NCBI GenBank assembly: GCA_028716725.1
Contig: JAQUPG010000009.1
Coordinates: 1-60,352, forward strand
Origin: Patescibacteria group bacterium
GTDB taxonomy: Bacteria; Patescibacteriota; Patescibacteriia; Patescibacteriales; JAQTRU01
Length of the DNA: 60,352 nt
Direction: 5' to 3'
Part shown: positions 9,210 through 16,414 of the stretch, piece after piece
Layout: the number at the start of each line of letters is the position of its first letter
Numbering within the stretch: the stretch's first letter is position 1
Notes under the pieces: model-generated
Seen by the model: only the letters and a program-made list of their open reading frames with translations
What the model was told of the DNA's origin: nothing
Database searches by the model: none
Translations under genes and position numbers: made by a program

Positions 9210-9965
9210 TTATTTAAAAATTTCATCGCCAATAGATTTATTTATTAACATTTTTGCCTGTTCTTCCGTCATATGTATGATTCTCATTTTATTCTCTTCA
9301 TTTAAAATGGCCTCGGATATCCAAGAAAGTTGAGTCAATTTCGAAACAAAATAAAAATAATGAACCCCGCCTATCAAAAATGAATATCTTGTACCTAAAT
9401 TATCTTTAATTCTTAGGGGTTGTCCAATTAAATCTGATGGGTACTTATTTTTATGATTTAAATATGTGCTTATCACGCAAGGATAATCTTTTGGGTCTTT
9501 TGGATCTTCATTTAAAATCATCTCCCTTATTGCTTCTTCATAAACACCCAACTTGACATCCTTGAAAAAATCTCTGCTAGATATACTTGATTTCCAAAGT
9601 ATTGATAACAAGAATAATTTAAATTTCTTGTAATCAACACCCTTACAAAAAGTATATCCGACATTATTTTGATTCTTTTGGTTTTCTCTATATAGTCTCC
9701 CCCTTTTTACTTCTTCATCGCTATATAGAATATCGCACGCGTAAGATTCTAATTTACCAATTTTATTTTCACAATCTTCACATAATAAATTTGGTTCATA
9801 TTCGCCTGATGGTAGTTTTTCTTCCTTACTTAAATCACTTGTAGGAACTTTATACAATATATGGCCAACATCATATAATCCTTTATACATAAAATCAGGA
9901 ATTATATGAGAAGTTTTACATAATGGTTTTATCTGTAAACACAGTTTACATTGCCCAGTTTCCAT
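9210..9965 (-). CDS. HNH-type nuclease-fold protein with a C-terminal domain of unknown function
   Basis: 251 aa. CKLC-x9-SHIIP ... LLCEDCENKIG fits the CxxC...H...CxxC (HNH_5-like) pattern. The gene is markedly more AT-rich than its neighbours. Confidence 0.55.
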   Translation of the reverse strand: METGQCKLCLQIKPLCKTSHIIPDFMYKGLYDVGHILYKVPTSDLSKEEKLPSGEYEPNLLCEDCENKIGKLESYACDILYSDEEVKRGRLYRENQKNQNNVGYTFCKGVDYKKFKLFLLSILWKSSISSRDFFKDVKLGVYEEAIREMILNEDPKDPKDYPCVISTYLNHKNKYPSDLIGQPLRIKDNLGTRYSFLIGGVHYFYFVSKLTQLSWISEAILNEENKMRIIHMTEEQAKMLINKSIGDEIFK

Positions 9966-9991
9966 ATTTTTAATTTTGAATTGTCATTTTT

Positions 9992-10160
9992 CCTGCCTAC
10001 CGGCAGGCAGGCTGGATTCCCGCTTTCGCGGGAATGACGGAACGGGGCTTTTTGTCATTCCGACGACCAGCGGGAGGAGGAATCCCTTAAACTCGGAAAT
10101 TGGCACGTCCAAGCCGCTTATAATCTCTAAGGGATTTCTCGCCTACGGCTCGAAATGACA
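9992..10160. repeat. Composite GC-rich palindromic repeat (right flank of the HNH gene)
   Basis: It contains ctggattcccgctttcgcgggaatgac (10012-10038), the exact reverse complement of 9076-9102. It also has cctgcctaccggcagg, tgtcattcc and gaaatgaca modules. Confidence 0.75.
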
Positions 10161-10194
10161 AAAGTGTTTCGTGTTCCACGTTATGCGTTGCGCG

Positions 10195-10635
10195 TTATGC
10201 GTTGCGCGTCTTTATCTTAATCGTTTTCGGCTTCCCCCCAGCCGCTTTCGGAATAGAAATCTTTAAAACTCCGTCAATCGCTTCGGCGCTCGCCTTTTCG
10301 CCATTAACGTGAGCGGGCAAAGCCACGCTTCTGTAAAAACTGCCGCGCCTTATTTCTTTGCGGTAATAATTCTTGTCTTCCACTTCAGACTTTTTTTCGC
10401 CTTCGCCCTTAATGCATAAAACGTCATTCTCAATGGAAATCTTAACATTTTCCAAGTCTACGCCGGCTAACTGGGTTTCCACGATGACGTTATTTTTATC
10501 CTCGTAAATATCAACCGCCGGGGTAAAGCCGTTCCTGCCGGCCCAAAGAGCCGGAGTAAGTTCCGAGAACATTTTGTCCATATCCTCAAATCCCGAAGCT
10601 TCGGGAAAAAACGGGGTCCACTTTATAAGCGCCAT
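10195..10635 (-). CDS. Small heat-shock protein (Hsp20/alpha-crystallin)
   Basis: 146 aa with an alpha-crystallin core (PAVDIYEDKNNVIVETQLAGV...ALPAHV...A...DGVLKISIPK). Confidence 0.9.
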   Translation of the reverse strand: MALIKWTPFFPEASGFEDMDKMFSELTPALWAGRNGFTPAVDIYEDKNNVIVETQLAGVDLENVKISIENDVLCIKGEGEKKSEVEDKNYYRKEIRRGSFYRSVALPAHVNGEKASAEAIDGVLKISIPKAAGGKPKTIKIKTRNA

Positions 10636-10710
10636 ATGTTTCTAACGGCGTAACCACGGCAGTCGCTATTTTGCGAACCCACCGTGATATACGCTTTAAT
10701 TTTAATTAAA

Positions 10711-10779
10711 AATTAAATTGTTAAATTGTTAAATTGCTCACGCTCCCCAACAATTCAGCAATTTAGCAATTTAACAATT
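10711..10779. repeat. AT-rich word hairpin between grpE and hsp20
   Basis: aattaaattgttaaattgttaaattgct ... caattcagcaatttagcaatttaacaatt form imperfect inverted arms. Confidence 0.7.
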
Positions 10780-11632
10780 AACCAACAACCACTTTCGCTG
10801 CCACGATAACTTTCCCGTTCAACTTATATCCCGGCCTTAATTCCTTTACCACCTTTTCGCCCCCCTGCCCTGAGCCTGCCGAAGGGCCTTCAATCGCTTC
10901 CATCGTATTATGGTCAAATTTTTCTCCAACCGTTTTTATTTCTTCCACTCCGGCTGATTCTAAAATATCTTTAAACTGCCGGATAACATGCTTTATGCCT
11001 TCCAGCCAGCCGTTTTTTTCCACGGTTTCGTCAACGTGCGCCAAAGACATCTTTAAATTATCGTAGACCGGAATTATGGAGAGAATTAAATCCTCGTTAG
11101 CGTATTTTACGAACTCCACCTTTTCCTGCGCCGTCCGCTTTAATAAATTCTGGTAATCGGCTAAGGCGAGCAGATATTTATGTTTAAAATCTTCATCTGA
11201 TTTATCGCCCGAAAAATATTTAAGAATTAATTGATAGGTGGTTTCAGCTATTTCATCTTTTTTCTTCAGCCATTCCTTAATAGTCAGCCATTTATACCCG
11301 CTATTTTCTTCGTTTAAAATTACCTTCTGCTCTCCGGACGCTTTTACCTTATAAAGGAAGGACACTAAATGATTAACCTCGCCGGTAAACTTACCCCCCA
11401 AATCGGGCATATTATTAAATCCCAAAAATTCTATATCCCTTATGTCCAGGTTAGTTTCTTCTTTAACTTCCCGTTTTACAGTTTCTTCAAATTTTTCCCC
11501 GATTTCAACATGACCGCCGGTAATATTAAACTTATTCTGCCAATATCTGTGCGATGCCAAAAGCAACTCTGACTTATCATTAAAGATAAACACACCGACG
11601 ACAACTCTCGGATATTTTTTATCTTCACTCAT
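10778..11632 (-). CDS. grpE: Nudix hydrolase domain fused to nucleotide-exchange factor GrpE
   Basis: The N-terminal ~140 aa carry a Nudix box, GHVEIGEKFEETVKREVKEETNL. The C-terminal ~140 aa are GrpE (ADYQNLLKRTAQEK...IIPVYDNL...GVEEIKTVGEKFDHNTMEAI...GYKLNGKVIVAAKVVV). Confidence 0.8.
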   Translation of the reverse strand: MSEDKKYPRVVVGVFIFNDKSELLLASHRYWQNKFNITGGHVEIGEKFEETVKREVKEETNLDIRDIEFLGFNNMPDLGGKFTGEVNHLVSFLYKVKASGEQKVILNEENSGYKWLTIKEWLKKKDEIAETTYQLILKYFSGDKSDEDFKHKYLLALADYQNLLKRTAQEKVEFVKYANEDLILSIIPVYDNLKMSLAHVDETVEKNGWLEGIKHVIRQFKDILESAGVEEIKTVGEKFDHNTMEAIEGPSAGSGQGGEKVVKELRPGYKLNGKVIVAAKVVVG

Positions 11633-11635
11633 AAA

Positions 11636-12316
11636 TTATCTATGTATTAAACTATTAACATACTTAATCACGGCCAGATTCTTTTCATAATCCATCCGCA
11701 TCGGGCCTAAAATTCCGAATAAGCCGGTTTTGCCGCTCCGCCTGTATTTAGAAAAAATCGTGGAGCAGGAATCGCCGAAAGGATTGGCCGAACCGAGTAA
11801 AATTTCCGTTTCTTTCACTTCGTTAAAAATATCGTCAATAATTTCGTCCATCCTATCAATAATCGCCGAAATATCGTAAATTAAATTCGGGTTGGAAAAC
11901 TCCGGCTGGGAAAATAAATTGGAAATGCCGGTGTAATAAAGATTGTTTTTATGGAAAGCCCAGAAAATCGCCTGACCGGAAATTTTTGCCATTTCTTTGG
12001 CCGCCTGCTTAAAGCTCGCTTCGTCATTTCCTTTTAAAGCTTTCTTTAAAATTTCCGCTTCTTTATCGGCCAATTGTTTTTCTTTTAAACTAGCCAGATA
12101 CAAGTTATAGGCCTTTTCCGTAGGCACCCGGCCGGCCGAAGTATGGGGCTGAACTATAAAATCGTCTTCTTCCAAAGCCGCCATTTCGTTTCGGACCGTG
12201 GCCGGAGAAATATCCAGGCGGTATTTATCAACCAAAACGCCTGACCCTACCGGAGCGCCAGTTTTAATATGCTCTTTTATGATCGTATTTAGAATTATGA
12301 GCTTTCTCTCATCCAT
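11636..12316 (-). CDS. hrcA: Heat-inducible repressor HrcA (short form)
   Basis: N-terminal winged HTH (ILNTIIKEHIKTGAPVGSGVL...ISPATVRNEMAALEE). A perfect CIRCE lies immediately upstream. At 226 aa it is shorter than the ~340 aa typical of HrcA. Confidence 0.8.
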   Translation of the reverse strand: MDERKLIILNTIIKEHIKTGAPVGSGVLVDKYRLDISPATVRNEMAALEEDDFIVQPHTSAGRVPTEKAYNLYLASLKEKQLADKEAEILKKALKGNDEASFKQAAKEMAKISGQAIFWAFHKNNLYYTGISNLFSQPEFSNPNLIYDISAIIDRMDEIIDDIFNEVKETEILLGSANPFGDSCSTIFSKYRRSGKTGLFGILGPMRMDYEKNLAVIKYVNSLIHR

Positions 12317-12322
12317 ATTCCC

Positions 12323-12350
12323 ATTATAACATCATTAGCACTCTTGTCAA
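12323..12350 (-). promoter_or_regulatory. hrcA promoter, TTGACA-N16-TATAAT; probably produces a leaderless mRNA
   Basis: On the minus strand the sequence is TTGACAagagtgctaatgatgtTATAATgggaatATG. Only 6 nt separate the -10 box from the start codon. Confidence 0.75.
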
Positions 12351-12361
12351 GAGAGTGCTAA
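12335..12361. promoter_or_regulatory. CIRCE operator (HrcA binding site), perfect consensus
   Basis: TTAGCACTC-ttgtcaaga-GAGTGCTAA. It lies 19 bp upstream of the hrcA ATG and overlaps the -35 box. Confidence 0.95.
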
Positions 12362-12363
12362 AA

Positions 12364-12422
12364 CATTGTTTTCCCCTGCTTGTCCCGCCGTAGTCCCGAG
12401 CTTGTCGAGGGACGAAGGCGGA
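12364..12422. repeat. 59-bp GC-rich hairpin element of the same family, flanked by perfect 17-bp direct repeats
   Basis: ...ccgtagtcccgagcttgtcgagggacgaaggcgga. The direct repeat tcaagagagtgctaaaa occurs at 12347-12363 and 12423-12439. Confidence 0.75.
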
Positions 12423-12456
12423 TCAAGAGAGTGCTAAAAGATAGGCTTGCCTCGCA

Positions 12457-12531
12457 CCTCACCCCGTCGTCCCGCCAGCTGGCGGGACTCCTTCCCCTCT
12501 CCTAATTAGGAGAGGGGGTTAGGGGGTGAGG
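12457..12531. repeat. Nested-palindrome element, copy B (3' of the IMPDH-like gene)
   Basis: It has the same architecture and the same cccctctcctaattaggagagggg core as copy A. The inner hairpin differs (cccgccagctggcggg). Confidence 0.8.
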
Positions 12532-12584
12532 TATAAAAAAGGGATCACGCTTTAACGCAATCCCTTGTTTGATTGTTTTTATTC

Positions 12585-14078
12585 TTAATCGAGTCTTGTC
12601 CCGATCTGCTGCTGTCCGGCCTGGGTGAATCTGACAAAAGCTATCGGCCGATTGCCGAATTCGTGCAAAGCCGCAAGATTAGCGGCTCCGGCATGGGCAA
12701 ACCCTCCCTGGATTAATTCTATATCCCCTCCTATCCAGGTTCTTAAGGGCCCGCGGTGCCTTACCCTGCCTTCCACTCCTTCTGGCGCGGTTTTGCCTTG
12801 ATACCGGCTTCGGGACATCCTGGCTTTTATTGCTTTGGAAGAAGCCATACCCCAGTATTGGACAAAACCCTCATTATCTACACCGTACGTCCGGCAAGAA
12901 AATGATTCGCTGGCCGCGACCAGCCATTTCCCGGCCATACAAACGTCGCCACCCGCGGCTAAAGCAATAACCATATCGCCCGGGCCCTCAATACTACCGT
13001 CGGGAATAATGGCTGGAGCATTTGCCCCCATCTTCTGGCGGATAAAATCAAGTTCCCGGATTAAAGTAAACATGGGGACCCCGGCACCGGTTACCTGCGA
13101 AGTTGTGCAGATTGAACCCGGGCCGATACCAGGTTTGACTCCGTGAGCTCCAGCCTGAGCCAGACGATAATAGCCATCAATATCTGCCACATTACCACCA
13201 ATAACCGCGGCTCGGCCGTTAGCCCTTTCTACCACTGCCTTTACCGCTTCCTCAGTCTGCCTAATTACATCTGGACAATTACCGTGGCTGCTGTCAACGA
13301 CGATTATCCCCGCTCCCATTTCCAGAGCCTGATATGCTCGCTCTAAGTCGGACTTTTCTGTCCCGATGGCTATACCTACCAACGGCTTGTCATTATAGAA
13401 AGTCGGATCGGCAACGAAAAAATCCTTCATAAAATAAATACCCTGAAACCTGTTCTTCCCGTCTAAAATGGGAAGGACTGAACATTCCTGTTCGTTGAGC
13501 AGTCTGTTCTTTATCGTTTCAAACGGGGTATCAACTTTTTCAACTTTGAGTTGCGACCGCGGTTTCATCCATTTCTTTATCGGGTCAGAGAGATGTTTCT
13601 TAAAAGAAATTTCGCTAGTAAATATTACGCCGACCAGCACTCTGTTCCTGCCGATTATCGGAATGGTGCTGAAACCAAACTTTTCCAAAATATCCTGGAC
13701 ATTGGCCAAGGTCTGGTCTTGATGCAGGGATTTCGGTTCTGAAACCAAGCACGGCTTATGAGTTAAGGCCTCTTCAAGCCAGTCCAACTGCACCTTAGCT
13801 TCCGGATCACGGTAAAGAACCCCACAACCGCCGACCTCGAAAAGGGCCTTGGCCATATCCGGTCCGGAAACCGCATCCATAGCCGCGGATAGGAGGGGAA
13901 AATTGAGCTTCACCGGACCGATTTGGCTCGATAAGTCCGCTCCCAAAGGATGGACTTCGGAAAATACGGGACGAATCCTTACTTCCCGAAGCGTATATCC
14001 TTCGATCGGATTAACTAGCCCCCCGCTCCTGAAAAGCTGCGGATACATTTCCGCATAAACGTCTTCTACAAAACCCAT
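12585..14078 (-). CDS. IMP dehydrogenase/GMP reductase-family protein with a CBS pair
   Basis: It has the GIGPGSICTT catalytic loop, SAAMD, a CBS-like insert and EGVEG. Other loops are divergent (IPDGSIEGPGD instead of IADGGI...). It is visibly GC-richer than its neighbours. Confidence 0.75.
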   Translation of the reverse strand: MGFVEDVYAEMYPQLFRSGGLVNPIEGYTLREVRIRPVFSEVHPLGADLSSQIGPVKLNFPLLSAAMDAVSGPDMAKALFEVGGCGVLYRDPEAKVQLDWLEEALTHKPCLVSEPKSLHQDQTLANVQDILEKFGFSTIPIIGRNRVLVGVIFTSEISFKKHLSDPIKKWMKPRSQLKVEKVDTPFETIKNRLLNEQECSVLPILDGKNRFQGIYFMKDFFVADPTFYNDKPLVGIAIGTEKSDLERAYQALEMGAGIIVVDSSHGNCPDVIRQTEEAVKAVVERANGRAAVIGGNVADIDGYYRLAQAGAHGVKPGIGPGSICTTSQVTGAGVPMFTLIRELDFIRQKMGANAPAIIPDGSIEGPGDMVIALAAGGDVCMAGKWLVAASESFSCRTYGVDNEGFVQYWGMASSKAIKARMSRSRYQGKTAPEGVEGRVRHRGPLRTWIGGDIELIQGGFAHAGAANLAALHEFGNRPIAFVRFTQAGQQQIGTRLD

Positions 14079-14218
14079 GACTTCCCTCCAGTTTGTTTAT
14101 TTTTCAGTTAAAGTTTGTTGTCAAAAGAACGTTTAAATATTTAGATTCTAACCTAACACATTTTTTAAAAAAAATCAAGGATAAGCCATATATCCTTAAT
14201 TTTAACCACTAAAATAAA

Positions 14219-16201
14219 CTATCTGCTAAAATACCACTGCATTACTTCCCGGGCAATTTTCACGGCCACGTCACTGCCTTCTCCGCCCTGCTCCACTAAA
14301 ATCGTAATCACGATTTCCGGCTTGTCATAGGGAGCAAAACCCGTAAACCAGGCATGGGTTTTTTCTTTGCTTGACCATTGGGCGCTGCCGGTTTTGCCGG
14401 CTACGGCCACGGGCAAAGACCCTAAGCTGGCGGCGCTTCCGGAAGTCACGGTCTGACGCATGCCTTGGCGCACAACTTCAATATTGTAAGGGTCAATAAA
14501 ATTGCTCCTCACGGGCGCGTTTTCAACTTCCCTGACTAATTTATCGTCGCTGGTAAGTATCTCTTTTACCAGGTGCGGGCGGTAAAGGCGGCCGCCATTG
14601 GCAAAAACCGAAGTGTAGTTGGCAACCTGCAAAGGCGTAACCAAAAGATCGCCCTGCCCGATGGCTAAATGGTAAGTGTCGCCGATATACCATTGTTCGC
14701 CTTTGGTTTTTTCTTTCCATTCCTCTGTCGGCAAAAACCCGGCCGCTTCCCCGGCCAAATCCACGCCGGTCTGGGCGCCTAAGCCGAAAAGTTTGGCGTA
14801 ATTTACTATTCTTTCAACGCCCAAACCGATAAAATCTTCAAACCCGCCGCCGATATAATAGAAAAAAGTATTAACTGACTGAGCCAGAGCTTTGCGCACA
14901 TCGGTTAAGCCGTGCCCGCCGGCTTTCCAGTCCGGGAAAAACCACTGGCCAATGCTTATGCCGCCGACGCTTAAAAAACTTGTGTATTCGCTGATAATTT
15001 TTTCCTCTAAAGCCGCGGCGGCAATTACCGGCTTTATGGTTGAGCCGGAGGGGTATTCGCCGCTGATAACCCGGTTAAATAAAGGGTTATCGGAAGAATT
15101 AAGAAGGGCGGCGTATTCGTCGGGGGAAATCCCTTTGGCGAATTTATTGCTGTCATAAGCGGGGAAACTGGACATAGCCAAAATCTCTCCGTTATTCGGA
15201 TCCATAATTACGGCCGCCGCCTTATTAAGGTTTAATTTTTTTAAATAAGCCGCCACAACCTCTTCCAATTTTTTCTGCAAATCCGAGTCCAAAGATAAAA
15301 CTAGATTATGCCCGTCATTCGTTTTTGTTTGGCTGATAATTTTCTTCTCTTTGCCTAAGGCGTCAACCTCAATATATTTTTTCCCGCTTTCGCCCTTTAG
15401 TTCATTTTCCCAAAAATATTCAATTCCGGTCTTCCCGATATAATCGATTGGAAGATATTCATCCCCGGACTTCTCCAGTTCTTTCTCATTAATCTTGCCG
15501 GTATAACCCAAAACGTGAGCTAAAGAAGGGGCGGACAAGCCATATTCCCGCCTGGTTTTATTGGCCAAAAAAACGCCGGGCATATTGGCGGATTTTAAAT
15601 AGAGAAGCATGGCTTTTTCATAGGGGATATTGTCGGCTATAAAAAGCGGCTGATAAGAATCAAGCGTGCCGATTTTAATTTTCGCCAGCTTATTCTTTAT
15701 TTCCTCGGCCGGCAGGTCTGATAAAATCCCGCTCATCTCCCCGATAATTTCATTCCTGGCTTCTTCGTCCCGGGGCAGGTCAATCGGTATAAGATAAAGC
15801 AAAGAGTTGGCCACGTTCCTTACCAAGGGATTTAGGTCTTTATCATAAATTATGCCTCGTTTCGGCTCAAGCCTTTCGATGCGGATGCGGTTGCCTTCGG
15901 CCAAAGAATAATAATAATTGCCTTTGACAATCTGCAGCCAGGCTGACCGGCCGAGTAAAATCGCCAAAGCCAAAATTATAAAAATGCTTATCGGCCTTAA
16001 TTTGGAAAAGTTAAAAGTCCGGCCGACCGCTTCCCTTTCTTCACCGCCCGGCGTAAAAGAATCCTCGGTCCAGCCCAGCCGGTAGGAAAAACCTCTCACC
16101 TGCCCGAACCGACCGGATCTTATCACGAACGGATCGTCTTTATTCTCTTTTTTTCCCCCTAATTTCACCCCGTTAGAAATCTTGTTATTTTTTTTCTCCA
16201 T
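14219..16201 (-). CDS. Penicillin-binding protein 2 / FtsI-type transpeptidase
   Basis: It has a single TM helix, a PBP dimerisation domain, and the SGSTIKP (SxxK), SVN and KTGS (KTG) motifs. The annotated start lies inside the repeat cassette at 16164-16324. Confidence 0.9.
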   Translation of the reverse strand: MEKKNNKISNGVKLGGKKENKDDPFVIRSGRFGQVRGFSYRLGWTEDSFTPGGEEREAVGRTFNFSKLRPISIFIILALAILLGRSAWLQIVKGNYYYSLAEGNRIRIERLEPKRGIIYDKDLNPLVRNVANSLLYLIPIDLPRDEEARNEIIGEMSGILSDLPAEEIKNKLAKIKIGTLDSYQPLFIADNIPYEKAMLLYLKSANMPGVFLANKTRREYGLSAPSLAHVLGYTGKINEKELEKSGDEYLPIDYIGKTGIEYFWENELKGESGKKYIEVDALGKEKKIISQTKTNDGHNLVLSLDSDLQKKLEEVVAAYLKKLNLNKAAAVIMDPNNGEILAMSSFPAYDSNKFAKGISPDEYAALLNSSDNPLFNRVISGEYPSGSTIKPVIAAAALEEKIISEYTSFLSVGGISIGQWFFPDWKAGGHGLTDVRKALAQSVNTFFYYIGGGFEDFIGLGVERIVNYAKLFGLGAQTGVDLAGEAAGFLPTEEWKEKTKGEQWYIGDTYHLAIGQGDLLVTPLQVANYTSVFANGGRLYRPHLVKEILTSDDKLVREVENAPVRSNFIDPYNIEVVRQGMRQTVTSGSAASLGSLPVAVAGKTGSAQWSSKEKTHAWFTGFAPYDKPEIVITILVEQGGEGSDVAVKIAREVMQWYFSR

Positions 16202-16324
16202 AATATTTTATCTACTCTTAGATATCTTTCCCCCGCTGAGAATTTTGTTATTTTTTGGTTAACCAAATTATAGCCCCGCTAGAAATATTATTACTATTTT
16301 TAGCCAAATTTCTAACGGGGTTCA
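16164..16324 (-). repeat. Inverted-repeat-bounded cassette, copy E2 (contains the PBP2 start codon)
   Basis: In the gene orientation it reads TGAACCCCGTTAGAAATTTGG ... AAATATT-ATG-GAGAAA ... ATTTCTAACGGGGTGAA. Two degenerate internal copies of the CCCCGYTRGAAAT word are also present. Confidence 0.8.
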
Positions 16325-16414
16325 TATTTAAAAATTATCACTTTTGGGAGTAAAAAGCAAATAAAAAAAGCGCCACCTCTCGAAGGTAGCGCCTTGCATT
16401 GTGTGTGATATTTT

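Noticed and set aside
16164-16324. Possible CRISPR array, suggested by the recurring CCCCGTTAGAAAT words (also at 22402-22553).
   Set aside because: There are only 3-4 short, degenerate units with irregular spacing and mixed orientation. No cas genes are present, and the units overlap coding sequence. They are better explained as the inverted-repeat cassette.
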